Assembly (NCBI RefSeq): GCF_020745735.1
Contig: NW_026867509.1
Coordinates: forward strand, 1,984,001 to 2,048,000
Direction of reading: 5' to 3'
DNA length: 64,000 bases
Source: Hemiscyllium ocellatum
Lineage: Eukaryota
A model generated the notes under the pieces. That model did no database searches, was not told where the DNA came from, and saw nothing but the letters and a program-made list of their open reading frames with translations. The translations under genes were made by a program, and so were the position numbers. How positions within the stretch are numbered: the stretch's first letter is position 1; every line of letters begins with the position of its first letter. Below, piece after piece: positions 23,600 through 38,300 of the stretch.

Positions 23600-25221
23600 T
23601 GAAAATGTGTTGCTGGTTAAAGCGCAGCAGGTCAGGCAGCATCCAAGGAACAGGAAATTCGACGTTTCGGGCAAAAGCCCTTCATCAGGAATGAGGAAAG
23701 TGCGTCCAGCAGGCCAAGATAAAAGGTAGGGAGGAGGGACTTGGGGGATGGGCGATGGAGATGTAATAGGTGGAGGGAGGTCAAGGTGAGGGTGATAGGC
23801 CGGAATGGGGTGGGGGCGGAGAGGTCAGGAAGAAATTTGCAGCTTAGGGGGGCGGTGCTGAGTTTGAGGGATTCGAATGAGACAAGGTGGGGGTAGGGGA
23901 AATGAGGAAACTGGAGAAATCTGAGTTCATCCCTTGTGGTTGGAGGGTTCCCAGGCGGAAGATGAGGCACTCTTCCTCCAACCGTCGTGCTGTTATGTTC
24001 TGGCGACTGAGGAGTCCAAGGACTTGCATGTCCTTGGTGGAGTGGGAGGGAGAGTTAAAGTGTTGAGCCACGGGGTTGTTGGGTTGGTTGGTCCGGGCGT
24101 CCCAGAGATGTTCCCTGAAGCATTCCACAATATAGAGGAGGTCACATCGGGTGCAACGGATGCATTAGATGATGTGTGTGGAGGTGCAGGTGAATTTGTG
24201 GCGGATATGGAAAGATCCCTTGGGGCCTTGGAGAGAGGTAAGTGAGGAGGTGTGGGCACAAGTTTTGCATTTCCTGTGGTTGCAGGGGAAGGTGCCGGGA
24301 GTGGAGGTTGGGTTGGTGGGGGGTGTGGATCCGATGAGGGAGTCACGAAGGGAGTGGTCTTTGCGGAACACTGATAGGGGAGGGGAGGGAAATATATCCC
24401 TGGTGGTGGGGTCCGTTTGGAGGTGGCGGAAATGACGGCGGATGATACGCTGTCTACGGAGGTTGGTGGGGTGGAAGGTGAGGACCAATGGGGTTCTGTC
24501 CTGGTGGCGGTTGGGGGTTTGGGGCTCAAGGGCGGAGGAGCGAGAAGTGGAGGAGATTCGGTGGAGGGCATCGTCGATCACGTCTGGGGGGAAATTGTGG
24601 TCTTTGAAGAAGGAGGCCATCTGGGCTCTACGGTATTGGAACTGGTCCTCCTGGGAGCAGATGCGGCGGAGGCGAAGGAATTGGGAATATGGGATGGCGT
24701 TTTTACAGGGGGCAGGGTGGGAGGAGGTGTAGTCCAGGTAGCTGTGGGAGTCAGTCGGTTTATAGTAGATGTCTGTGTTGATTTGGTCACCCGAGATAGA
24801 AATGGAAAGGTCTAGGAAGGGGAGGGAGGAGTCTGAGACATTCCAGGTGAATTTGAGGTCTGGATGGAAGGTGTTGGTAAAGTTGATGAACTGTTCAACC
24901 TCCTCGTCGGAGCACGAGGTAGCGCCAATACAGTCATCGATGTAGCGGAGGAAAAGGTGGGGGGTGGTGCCAGTGTAGTTGCGGAAGATGGACTGTTCCA
25001 CATATCCTACGAAGAGACAGGCATAGCTGGAGCCCATGTGGGTGCGCATGGCAACTCCTTTAGTTTGGAGGAAGTGGGAAAGAGAAGTTGTTCAGGATGA
25101 GGACCAGTTCAGACAGTCGAAGGAGGGTGTCAGTGGAAGGGTACTAGTTGGTGCGGCAGGAAAGGAAGAAGCGGAGGGCTTTGAGTCCTTCGTGATGGGG
25201 GATGGAGGTGTACAGGGACTG
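23600..25221 (-). mobile_element. 5'-truncated Penelope-like retroelement (RT plus GIY-YIG-type endonuclease region)
   Basis: ORF 24165-25049 has MGSSYACLFVGYVE...FLRYIDD...LPFLDL...YYKPTDSHSYL and CxxxxCxxC. 23844-24128 gives the C-terminus RFREH...VAQHFN...RLEEECLIFRLGTLQPQGMN. Frameshifted. Confidence 0.92.
23657..23692 (-). ncRNA. Minimal type-I hammerhead ribozyme motif in the Penelope-like element 3' region
   Basis: AUUC-CUGAUGA-A-GGGC-UUUU-GCCC-GAA-AC-GUC-GAAU: 4-bp stem I, 4-bp stem II and palindromic ACGU stem III. Confidence 0.7.
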
Positions 25222-27383
25222 GATGTCTCTCAAATGAGTACTCTTGTTCCATGCTTCATCGAAATACTTTACTATTACAAAAGTGGTTGTGGAATTTTCT
25301 ACAGCACCTCATTGGTTTCACAGTAAATCACATTTCGCCATCTCAAAAGGCACGAAATAAGTCCTGTATTCATTCCCTAAACTAGCAGCGTTAGTCCATT
25401 GAAAGATAATATTTCTAATAAATGAAGTTTTGTGTTATAACAAACAAGTGAAATGTGAAATATTTCAAACCTACTTGTCTACTCGTCTCTGCGAGAAGCA
25501 ATATATTGCAGAGTCTGTGAGTTTTCAACAGTTTCAACTGGTATGAGTAGTTCATGAGGAAATTCCGAAGAAAATCCATTTTCCAGAAAACCCCAGCTGT
25601 TGTCACTGGTAAAGGAAAAAGTTTTTACCCTTTCCTAATTGCTCCTTGAATTGGCTGCATTGTAAAATATATTCAGAGGTCAATGAAGAGTCAAACGGTT
25701 CATCAGGTCTCGGGGTACATGCACACCTAGAAACATTATGAACCTGCATTATCCAACCGATATCAAAACTTGTCTTTTTTTAAAAACATACCAGTTGATT
25801 TCCGTGTCACGCTCACAATTAAAGGAACTATTAAATTTCAGATTACATACAAACTGAATTTTCATTCCGCCTGCCGCTTTGCCTGTAGAATATTAGCCTG
25901 AGCGATTAATTCGAAAAATCAGTCAGAAGAGTTCACCTTCGAATTTTGTTCACAAAATCCAGAGGAAATCCCAGCACAATCATATGTCTCTCTGAATTTT
26001 AGATTACAAATCAAACCCAACTTTGTGACAATCCTGATGTGGAACACAGATACTCATGGAGAAATCCAAAAGTCGACGGATGTACTGAAATAGGTCCAGC
26101 AAAACGCTTCACAGTTTCAAACGAAGGGGAAAAAAAGCTTGAGGGTGTGTAAAATATCAAGTAAACCAACCACCACGTTTTTAAATTGCTTAAGAAATGA
26201 CTTGTGCATCCCGTATAGGTCCATCTCTATGTAAAAAACACTTTGCCAACAAGATACTTCAGGCGGAAGCTTTAAATTTATGCAATTCTGCTTTAGACAG
26301 ATTTTAATGATTACATGGAATCCAAAGTGTACGTGGTGCACACAGACAGCTGGAAACGAGAGAAAAGCTTTACCGGACATTGTCCTGTTGATTATTGCAG
26401 CATGCTGGAATGGACAAATATGCGAGCCCATGACATACGTTCCGATTCAGTAACTGGGCAAGCATAGAGACTAAATTGAAACATGATCTGCTGCAATACA
26501 ATCAAAGGTATCACTTGATGTAGTATGACTGAGTACATGGTTTCATTTAATGTCATACAAACAGAGACTGGGTCCAGTGCAGTTACATTTTTAAACAGCA
26601 CCAGATTCATGCCATGTACATAATCTAGATTTCACTACCATCAGCAAGACATACTTTCGTCATGGAAATGCTATGTAAAGTTGATTTAACTTCGTTGTCC
26701 TAAGATTAGTAACGACATCATAGAAATATTAAAACGCAAAAGGGAGCCTATTCGGCTATTGTAAATGTCTTCTAAAAGAGCAATTCACCAGGGGCCAGTC
26801 GACTTTCATAGAACAGAACCATTTCTGCTGTTCAGAAATGCAAGTCCTTCACTTCAAAAGTCTCTTTAGATTCTGCCTCCGACAAATTCTCAGTTAGATT
26901 CCGACAAATTCTAAATTTGTGCTGTGTTGATCAACTTGATTGTGTCATTGTTCTTCCGTCTCCCAGGTTCCTGAAGTGTGTACATTGTCTGCATGTCAAT
27001 CCTTGCATCCAACTGCAACTATTACCTCCTCCAGTCTGTTCAGACTCCAAGTGATCTTAAATCGCTCGACCTCATCTGCATTCAAACTTTTCATTTCCGA
27101 AGCAAGTAGGCACACACTCATCGATCTTTAGATATTACTGGTGTTCCTCATGGCTGGGGCAATTTCATAAACAATTTCTTGCTCCCCTCTCAGAATTCCG
27201 TAATAGTGACCGAAGATGCAGACTCTGATTTTCCACACCACCCAGAAATGCAGCACCTTCAATTGTTCTGTATTCTATCATTATTGGTACAAGAGAGAGT
27301 CTTAGATTTCACGAGTTCAGAAGCTAAAATATCCAACATTGTAATGCAGCAAAACATTCTGAGAGACAATGATGTAAGAGAAC

Positions 27384-30076
27384 TTATGTGATGATTTTCT
27401 GTTGCGTTTTTCGACGTTTAAACCAACTGGTGATTAAGACAAGAGGACACATTAGCACCTTCTCCATTTCCTCTCGGAATTTATTCTGAGATATCGCATA
27501 GATGAAGACGTTGTTGCAGGAACTGAGTAACTGGAGCATATTTGTCATCTCTGAGAGTATGTATTGTGGGTTATTGAAATCTAGTCCACCAAAGTTGTCC
27601 TGTCCTGTAAGCTGAATGTAGAGAAATCTTCCTACATATGTGCCCCACAGGAGTAGAAAGCTGATGGAGATGGCGTACAGCAGAACAATGGACCTCTTGC
27701 GTTTGGCCACCTCGTGATCTTCACCGTTCAGAGAGCCACGCAGCTTCCTGCGTGCCGCATTAACCTCTAAAATATGCCGAACAGTGAGGGCGTTAAGCAG
27801 TAGAATGAAAAAGAACGGAAGAAGTGGAGTCAAGACACGGTCAAGGTAGCGGTAGGCCTGCCAAGCAGGTGAAGTGTAGAACATCGGCTTGATGACACAG
27901 AACCAAGGCATCCCTTCCAGTATAACCAAGGGTTGAGTGACAAAGTACAGAGGAATGTTCTTGCTGCAGAACAAGGAGCAGATCACGCCTATGACGAGCA
28001 ATGCAGTTTTCTCAGTGCAGTATCTGGTACTCAGACTCGGGCAGGCGATGGCCACAAAACGATCAATGGTGAAGGCTGCTGTCAGCCAGACTGATCCATC
28101 ACGGCTGATGTAGACCAAAACTGCACCAAACGCACACACTGGATGAGCAGATAGGATTGTGTACCTAAGATAAATGCGACCGATCCTGTTCAGAATGCAT
28201 CCGGTGAAAATGACAAGGAAATCAGCGAAAGCTATCGCCATCAGGTCGTTGGTGACAAAACGTGAGAGTCCGCATCGTCCTCGGGATAGGATTATGATTG
28301 TCACCACGTTGGCTGCAAGTGGTCAAAAGAGACAGTTGTTACTATGCTAATTTCAAATGCCGGCCATTGTCTCGTCTTCCTGTTATTGCTATCATCTTAA
28401 ACATTCATTCATCACTCTGCGATAATGACTCTTCTAAAAGTATAGTGTCACTGCTGGATAAATCATTTGTCAATACAGGGGCTACTGAAACCTGTATCAC
28501 CACAATTTCTTCCTTCTGGTAATATCCACCTATTCATTCAAAGATTGCAGAAAAAGAGAATTCCTAATGCAGCGAAAGAACTCATTTGCGGTTCGAACAT
28601 TTAATCTCTGAAGGGCATCCCATCTATCCCCACTATGTCCCCGTAATCATGTGTTTATCATAGATAGACCAACTAACTGCGTATCACCTGTGCACAATGG
28701 CACAATTTAGCTTGGCCAATTCATCTTATCTGGATATCTTGTACTATGGAAAGAATCCTGACCAAGCAGCAGGCACCTTTGCTTACACAGGAAGCAGATG
28801 AAACACTCACACAGACAAGGATGGAATGGAACCCTGGTCCCACACATCCGCATAGTATGCAGTTCATACCTTGTCCCAAGCATATTGCCGTACAATGGGT
28901 CTCCGCCTGGCAACACCTCACTTCCATTCATCTCACTTAATGTTTATCAGTAATTGCCACTTGCATCTATTTAGAATTCATAAACATCTGTCTTCACCAC
29001 GTGCCTCAAATTTTGCTCTGTTGTGCATCCCTGAAGCATGTCATCTCTCCCACTAAATCTATAGTTGTCGAGCATCTAATCCCTGGAAGTTTCTCCCTGG
29101 AAGGGTATTTCTACTCTTCTTTTTTAAGAATGCTTCAAATAATCTATCTCTTTGATAAACATATTGTAGCTCGCACTACTATTCCTTCCATCTTTCAACA
29201 GAATTTCCTAATGTCCACACTCCTGCGAATCAAACAGTCTTGACATAATGCGATGGCTGAAAGAACATGTACAACTCCATCTTCTCCAGTGCTAAACGGA
29301 AATTGAGACAGCCATACTGCATAATCATTAACATATGAGTATTCACACAAAAGATAGAACGAAAATGTACAAAACCTATCAGCATAAGACAATTTTCGCC
29401 ACAGATTATAGCAATTTTCTCTCTCCTCGCCCTTTTCAAATGTGTCCATGTCTTATTTAAAATCACATTTCAAATATTGACTATTTAATGGGAACTCACT
29501 GCAGCATAACTATTATTTATTTCACTAAAGTCTCACCATTCATTTTTATAACAACTGAACGTACTTTTCTAAGTTAGAATGCCCTTAACGTGATCATTGT
29601 ATGATAGGAATTACTTATAATGATGCCATATGATGTGTGTACGAAAATAGAACTGCTTGCACCATGACACAAAATCACTCACATGTCACGAAGTTGTATT
29701 TTGAGGTTTGTACAACATCATTCCAGAAACTAATATTCAGCAAAATAATAGGCTGATGTTCAAGCAATGTCACACGTTAAAGTTCATATTCCAGCACTCA
29801 AATACATGACATACTTGTGACAGTGCCAAGCTAAATTGAGCTACATATATAAAGTGGCAGCTTAAGATATTGCTGCCTAGTTGATCTATCTCAATCTCAG
29901 AAAATGTCAAGTCCTGCAAATAAATTCAGCCTGGACCTGAAAAGCAATGTTTCCAAAAATTTATAGAACAGAAAATAACATTATCTTTTTGTCATCTATT
30001 ATTTACCAGGGACACCAATAGCAGCGACAATGGGGTAAGCAATTCCAAAGAAGAGTCCTTTCGCTGGCCCGTGCAT
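27384..30076 (-). CDS. Intact GPR139/GPR142-like class A GPCR, two exons (30007-30076, 27384-28312), 332 aa
   Basis: Exon 1 MHGPAKGLFFGIAYPIVAAIGVP G|GTAAAT; acceptor TTGCAG|CC AAC GTG. Seven hydrophobic segments, TIDRF, SCNNVFIY and helix 8. Open to the stop codon. Confidence 0.92.
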
Positions 30077-32591
30077 TGTTTTTTTCCTCCAAAAATTAAA
30101 GCAATTGGAAAGAACTGAGCTCTGAAAAATGCACAGAGTCCCACATATATTCCATCTTGGTGTCTCTAGAGAAACAATTAAGTTGGATCATTCAGCTCAT
30201 TTACAGTTCTGCCAAAAGCAAATTAATCCCGGTTTTGATGCCTTCCATTTTGACAATTAGCAATGCAGCTGCTGCCATCAACTACATGGACGAATTGGCT
30301 CCATAAACGTCTGATGCGCTCATCCTCACAAACCATGGTTTTCTGTCTACCTTTCATTTCTATCGCCACAATATGAAATCTAAAATTGATGCTTCTGCCA
30401 TTTTCACTTTTCATGTACTTTTTTGATGTGACAAGTCAGATTCGTTCATTTGCTTGGTCTGTTCATCAGGGTTGTCATATTTTATGCCTTAATGTGACCA
30501 AATCGCTGAACTATTTGAAGTAAAGTTGATATCAGATGCACATTTTTGAAGATGGAAATACGCAAAACGATTCGTTTGTCCTGCTAATCGAGAAGTGCAG
30601 ACAGGTCTTCAACCTTTCGACTTCTTGTTCAGGATTTAGAAAGGTCGAATTGTGGGCTGGGGTTTGCTATGTTTGCTAAATGCGTCAACAGGTGAAACAG
30701 CAAATGTATTTTGATTTGTATTATCGTATCAAAAGCACTGGTAATTAGAGGCACTTCCGTTATAAAGGAACAAAAATAGAGATAATATTATAGGAAAAAA
30801 AATAAAATATGGTCCGTTACAGTTGCCATCATGATAGGGCCTGACCCATCCGACAACGTCATTTTGACTCACCAGCATTCACACCAATACTATCAGCAAC
30901 ACCTGTATTAAATGTTTAAGTTTGTGCAAACATGGTCTGTAGCATGGCAATAGGTTTGTGAGCCATCTTTTTGACACACTGCATCTGATATAGGTGCATA
31001 AGTTATATATGCGATGATGAAATGTGATGTTAAACAAAACCAGCTTTTGACAATGTAGAGTGTCGACAATATGGTAGTAGGCCATGCAGCCCATTGAAAC
31101 CAAACTGACCCACTGAAAAGCATGAACCCTATTCTATCGCATTCCAGTAACCACACTTTTCCCACAGCTAAGCGACATAGCCTGCAAATGATTGAACTGT
31201 GTGCGGATACCTGGAGAGCAGCAAAAATTTGTACACACCATGAACATGTTTACCCGAAAGTGGAATAGAACCTATGTCCCGCGTGCAGTGCGACAGCCTT
31301 GCAACCATGAATTTCCATGCTAGCCAATGGCTCTTGCCAGCAAATGCAGTGAAAACGCATTCGATTCTACCGTCACATTCATGACGTATTATTTTTAATT
31401 CCCTAATTATTTTATTCCAAATCGCTCAGACCCACAGTCCTTCCACATCAGCTGCAGGGAACTGTCATCGTCAGAGAGCAGCTCTGTTAACTGGGGAACT
31501 CCAGTTCTGATAGTTGAAGAACATGAAATACTTCCTTTTTCTGGTGTTGCCTAATAATAATAATTTCCGTGATGGGGCGATATTTTGTTTAGACTCTGTC
31601 CATCACGGTGTTGTCAGATGAACAAACTGAGTTTGTTTTTTAAATAAATTATAAAGAACTGCAGTTACTGGATATCTGAAACAAAACCGAAACACCGGGA
31701 GAAACTCACCCAGTTTGGCAGTATCTGAATCAACGTTTCAGTTCCAGTGACAGTTTTTCAGTATTTTGTTCCTTTTTCACAAAGATCATGACATGAAGTG
31801 AGGCTCACAGGAGCTTGAAAGTAATGCAATTTAAGAATAAAGCAGCTACAAGTTACGTGGCTGTCACCCAATCTCTTCGCCTATAATGAACCAATGAGCA
31901 AAGGTCCGGGAATTACTCAAGGCTTTCCCATCTCTTGACGAAAACAATTTTACCTTTGGCCAGTTCTGATCATATTCAACGTGATATCTCTGCAAACATA
32001 TCGTCTGCAGCTCTCTGTTTATTACTCCTAGCTGCAGCTCTTCTGAACTGTAGGTTCACAATTCGTGAAACGTTATGCTTCTGCTCTATGCCGGGAATTA
32101 AATTGATTCGAGCAGTTCTGGCAACACAGAGACAGCAACACGTTCTCCACAGATGAAAATCATCTGGATATAAACCTGTCCCAACACAGAGCAAAAGTTG
32201 GGGTAAATTAACAACTGTACTTGGTCAAAAAAAAAGGCAGTGAAAGAGTTAGACTAGGAAGCCAGACAGGATTGAGGCGATTGAAACAACTTGTCAAAGG
32301 CCGTACTTTTAAAATAACCGACTAATTCCCGATGTCCCCTTGGGAGGGGAATGGGAAATTACCTCATTAAAGGTGTGGCCTGTGTTTTGAAGAACTTTTT
32401 ATTTCATTTGTCAAAGTCCTTGCTTGTTCCAGTCGCAGTGTTGTTTGAAACAGATTCTTGTTCAACTTCCCTACCAATTATTTCTCTGTTTATTGTCCAA
32501 GATGAACCGACTGATTCTGGGCGATAAAAATAATTAAGTAACTATTTAAATTTAGTCTCACTCCCGATTCTTACTGTGTTTTGTCGCGCAG

Positions 32592-32922
32592 ATTCTGTCT
32601 TACAATGACCAGCCGCAATCACATTGAATGTGGGAGATGATGTCCTGTAATTCTACAACCATACAGCTACACCAAGCAGCGATCCTTAACTCTTCTGCTT
32701 CTGGCAGCATTCCAGCTGCATCATGGAATATCTCTTGCGGAGAAACCATTACATCAAGACCACAGACACACCTTTAAGAATCCGGCCTTTTCTCTCAGTT
32801 TGATCATGTGAACCGCACTATCCAGCTGAATGTGTTGAAAACAGAATTGACAGAATCACGGTTTATTACTGTGGGCTGAGCCCCACAGACACTCAGAACA
32901 TGGCCGACCCAGTACAAAACTG
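32592..32922 (+). pseudogene. TCR alpha/delta V pseudogene (exon 32592-32883) with 23-RSS
   Basis: AG|AT TCT GTC TTA CAA gives DSVLQ*PAAITLNVGDDV...IMEYLLRR...IQLNVLKTELTES/VYYCGLS. RSS CACAGAC-23-ACAAAACTG. Several stops and frameshifts. Confidence 0.8.
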
Positions 32923-33454
32923 TTAGAGGGCCACTGAACATGACAGCATGTCAATGAAACAGTGAGATGAAGGGCAGATCTGCGGTGGAACCAGAATACA
33001 CGGTGACATCATCTACCGCATTCGAAGACAAAGCTTTAATCATTAATAAGCTCCTATTATAATGAGCTAACGTCGTTAGTTCAACGAATGATATACAAAT
33101 AATGTATTTTGTGCCTTTTGATATGTCCCAAGCTATTTGAATGCTTAATTGACATTGTGGTGTCGAAAATGCAGGGACTAGTTGAAGTTAAAGAGAATCC
33201 TTTAGCGACATAAGGAATTGTAGAACTCGTTTGAGAGACAATAACCTGTTACATGTTTCTCACAAACAGTCGTGCAACGAGAACAACGTCAACCAAATTG
33301 CAGGTTACTCAGCACTGCCCCGTACTTCCATATTTGCAACTCCAGAAAGGTGAACTAGAGGATCGGCGATACGGTATCATGCAGACCTTGTCCGCATATC
33401 AATAAGAAAGCGGGTTCCAAAACATATCTGAACAATAATAACAAATCAAAAACA

Positions 33455-35320
33455 TACAGAATATAGAACATAGAACTTTATAGAGCAGTACAGGCCTTTC
33501 AGCCCTCGATTTTGCGCCCACACGTTAAATCAATCTGATACCCATCAAACCTCATTCCATTATTATCCACATGCATGTCCAATGCCATGTAAATTCTCTT
33601 AATATCTGCAAAATTAACTACTGTTGCAGGCAGGCCTTTCCGCGCCCCTTCTAATCTCTGAGTAAATAAACTGCTCCTGATCACTGTCCTAAATCTATCA
33701 CCCCTCAATTTAAAGCCATGTAACCTTGTTTTCGCCTTCACCATCCGAGGAAATAGGCTCTCACTGTCCAACTTATCTTAGCCTCTGATTATCTTACACA
33801 TCCCATCTAATTCACATCTTAACCTTTTTGTCTCCAGCGAACTCTGCCTCAGTTCCCTCAGGCTTTCCTCGTAAGACCTTCCTTCCATACCAGGCAACAT
33901 CCTAGTAAATCTCCTCCGAACCCTTTCCAAAGCTTTCACCTCCTTCTTATAATGCGGTAACTAGAACATAGAACATAGAACATAGAAGGATACAGCGCAG
34001 TACAGGCCCTTCGGCCCTCGATGTTGCGCCGACCGAATCCTACCTAACCTATACTAGCCCAATAACTTCCAAATGCCTATCCAATGCCCGCTTAAATGAC
34101 CATAAAGAAGGAGAGTTCACCACTGATACGGGCAGGGCATTCCCGTATCTGCACACAATATTCCAGGTGCGAGCTTACCAGTGTCTTGAATAGCTGAATC
34201 CTGACCTCGTGGCCCTGAAGGTCAGTTTCCTTACCAATAAACACCAACACACAATATGCCTTCTTAACAACCCTAACAACCTGGGTCACAACTTGCAGGG
34301 ATTTATGTACCTGGATACCGAGACTCCTCCATGAATCGACACTGCCAAGAGTTTTACTATTAATCCAATACTTTGCATTCCTGTTACTCCTTGTGAAGTG
34401 AACAACCTCACATCCTTTCGCATTATATTCCGTTTACCAGTTCTCAGTCCAGCTCTGCATCTTCACTGTGTCCCTCTGCAACCCACAATATCCTTGGGCA
34501 CTATCCACAACTTTGCCTACCTTAGTGTCATGCTTCAACGCCCACATCCAGACCATTTTTAAAAATGACAAACAGCATTGGCCCAAAACAGATCCTTACA
34601 GCACACCACTGGTAACTGAGTTGCAGGATGAACATTTTGCATCAACTACCACCTTCTGTCTTCTTTCAGCTCGCCAATGCCTGATCCAAATCTCTGAATC
34701 AACATTAGTCCCGAAAGTCCGTACTTGTGCAGTAGCCTACCATGTGGAATCTTATCAAACGCCTTACTTAAGTCCATATACACCACACCAACCGCTTTAC
34801 TTCATTCACCTTCTTTGTCACCGTTTTAAGAACTTAGTAAGGTTTGTTTAGTGCAACCTATACTTCGAGAACCCCGTTGACTATCTTTCGTCAAATTACT
34901 GCTTTCCAGATGATTACAAATCCTATCTCTTGTAAACTGTCCTAACTCCTTACTCACAACCAAAATAAATCTCACTGGCCTATTATTTCCAAGAATGGCC
35001 GGACCACCCCCCCTCTTCTCAAACAAGGGAACAACAGTTGATATCCTCCAGTCTTCTGGCAATACTCCTGTTGACAATGATGACATAAAGATCAAAGCCA
35101 AAGGCTTTACTTTATCCTCCCTGGCTTGCCACAGTATCTGAGAATAAATCCCATCTAGCCCAGGGGACTTATCTATTTTAAGATCTTCAAAAAATGCTAA
35201 AACCGCCTCTTTGCCAACTGCAAACCCATCTAATCTAGTATCCTGCATCATCATATTCTCACTAATCTTGCGCTTTTCCAATATGAGTAGTGTCAAAAAG
35301 TATTCAATAAATGCTTTCCC
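33455..35320 (-). mobile_element. CR1 LINE (ORF2 RT fragments) with a nested second CR1 3' end
   Basis: LKIDKSPGLDGIY..IL...PLALIF..SLSTGVLPEDWR...VVPLFEK. (TTCTATG)n 3' tails at ~33455-33480 and 33961-33986. Confidence 0.92.
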
Positions 35321-38300
35321 ATGTCCACAGATTGCACATCGTGATGACTGGTTTGTGAGTCAGAGCTGCCAGTGGAAATCTCATTGACATGAATCATCTG
35401 CTGTAAGTCTGGATGGATATGAACATTTTTCATCCTTCATTTAAAGTTTTCATTCTTTGTCAGCAGTTTACTTCCGGACATTTAATTTTCAGAAAGACCA
35501 ATGAGTTTCTCTTGTTCCTCTTGTGACATTTGAAGAAAAGAAGAATCCTATTTTGAAATGCACTCACAGAGGAGATATTCCGGATTCTGCATATCCAAGT
35601 CTAGTGAAATCGCTTCTGCAGATTAAAGGACACACACGGGACTTGGAATCTTTCAGGACCTAATACATTCTGCACAGTCCAAATAACTCTTTCGTTATAG
35701 AAGAAGTGAAACCTGTTGATAAAAGAAAAAACCACAAACGTTTTTATTAGGCAACTGAACGGATAGTTTAAGTGGAAGTAGATTCGTTTGAGATATCTAG
35801 TTGTCATGGATGAATTGGGCAAAAGGCTGTCTTTCCTTGCAGTATATCTTTATGATTCTCAAAGGGAAAATTGTTCATTTTCTTTGAGCATAGTGAAAAA
35901 TATCATAACCGGCTGCCATCAGAGGGCAGGAGTAGCATGAAACAGATACATTCACATGTTAAACCAGTGACAGAACTCTGGAGAGAGTTAACTTTTCATG
36001 ACAATGAATATCGAATAAAATTTCATCAATAATCATCAGAGTGCAATAGACTGTAGATGTAGGAGCAGACGTTGCCCATTCGGTTCATTGGGATTCTGGT
36101 TTTCGTTGGGATTATGAATGAATTGAAGATCTTAAAATCCAATTTTCTGCCTTACTCCCTTAACAATTGACTCACTTATAGATTAACTTGGCAAAATGTA
36201 AGAGGAATTGTTCGTTTCACAGATGGGCAACTCCGCGTAATCAGAATTCATATATATTTGGTTTATGGAACCTAATCCGGTATGTCCACATTTTTGACTT
36301 CATTGCAAGAGGGTTTGAGTAACGGAACAAGGGATTCAATGCAGTTGTATATGCCATTGTCAAAAGCATACAAATGAGAATTTCACGGTCATCTCCAGAC
36401 ACTAGCCTTCAACTCCAAAGCCTGAGAATATGAGATCAAACACCTTCAGATGCAATGGTGGGTCCATGACCTCTAAGACCAAATGTAAGCAACTGGATTG
36501 CGTGGCCGGATATATTATCACGATGTTACCAAACACCAATCTGGTGAAAGTGCATCGCCAATTTACGAAGAAGGGAGAGCCAGGATTTTGACTTGGCTAC
36601 TGTGCAAGAATCATGACAAGATTCAAAGTCGGCATGGTGAGTGTGCTTTGGCGAGTATGTTACAGTTGCTGGTTCTTCGATAGCTGTACTGCCTTTGTGT
36701 TAATTGATGGTTGCAGTTCTGAAAAGTAACGACTCCGCTTGTATGTACTTAGTTGTGTTTAAAAAAAATCGTGATGTAAAGATTTCTTATTTCTACTTCA
36801 CCTTAAGATCACTGATCCCACTTTCCTCTTCTGATCTATGTTATCAAACAACAAAGTCTGTTCACTTCATTTTCATTCATCGAAATGTGACAATTATGCA
36901 TTCCAGTATTGTGTTCAGGTCTCTCAGGAACCATTGGCGGGGTGTAACGGCTGCATGGAGCTCTCATCATCAGTGAAATGCTGTTTTAAATGAGCCTCTG
37001 TATCTGAGAGACGTAAAGCATCATGAGGTTGGCTGGTCTTTGTATCCACCTTCCATATTCAACACAATAACCTCATACAGAAAGATCACGAACTTGTTAA
37101 AGAATTAGATGGGGGTTTGTTAGCTCATTGCAGTCTACCTCCCTTTTCCATTCTATTTTCAACATGTCTTTCCAATCCTCTTTCTTACCTCTTAACCTCT
37201 CTCCATGTACGTTTCAAATTTCCTTTTTATCTTTTGCTTTCTGACTTAAACATGGTTGGTTTAACCCCTTATGGAATCATTCTTCCTCATTAGGATGCTG
37301 TCAGTCATGAACCATTTTCTTCATTATCTGCCGTTGTTATTGACCAAATTTTCCAGTCGACTCTCATTCTTTTGGAAGGACAATGCACAACCTAGAACAG
37401 TTACTTATGAATCATGTTTCTCCATCCTAAACTGAGGGCTAGTTTCAGACAGAAAGCAGTCACTCCAAAATCTGCTGTTATTCGTTGATTCCACTCCTGC
37501 CTTACAGGATTGAACTTCATCAGTGAATGTAGGTGGAAGCGAGGATGAGACCACCTCGTGGCATCACTGCTGGAATGTTAATACAGAAATCCAGTTAAGT
37601 ATCTGGGCACACAGTATGTGCCCCCTGGCAGACGGAAGAATTTGAATTTAACTTTTAAAAATCTCGAGTTGAGAATCTCGTGATGATTTCGAATCCATTG
37701 TCGATTGTATTAAAAACCCAAATGGTTCACTGATATCTTTTTGGGAAAGAAACTGCCATCCTCATCTGGTCTGGCCTACATGTGTCTCCAGACCCACTGC
37801 AATATGGTTGACACTTAAGTAACCTCTGTTAGGGATGGAGAATAAAGACGGCCTTACCAGCGACGTCCTCATTCAGTGAACAAGTAACAAAAATAAAATG
37901 TTCCTTCTTTTTCCTATGTTAACAGCCATAAATATGTTAATGCAGGGAAGGTTTTCTCGGAATACAGAAGACCAGGTACTTGCCTTCGTCTTTCGTCCTC
38001 ACTGTATTAATATCTCTATGTTGGCATTAACGAGAGCGAGCGGTATTACAGAGAATCTTTGGGATCTCAGCGGGACCAGCCTTGGTTGAGTCGCCTTCTT
38101 CGCTGGTGGGATCATTGCATTATCTCTGACGAACTTTATCAGCGTCCATCTGTTGATGGTGGCTACAATGTGAAAGCGACAGCAATATTCTCCTTGCATG
38201 TGCTTGAATCCTACAACGGCATTTCACGTTAGCATTTCACTAGAGGAAGTTTTTAGTAGGACAAGAAAAGCCATTTAGTTGACACGTGATGAACACTGAG

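Noticed and set aside
23632-25326. Many overlapping Pro/Ser-rich and antisense ORFs
   Set aside because: Alternative frames of the GC-rich Penelope-like element.
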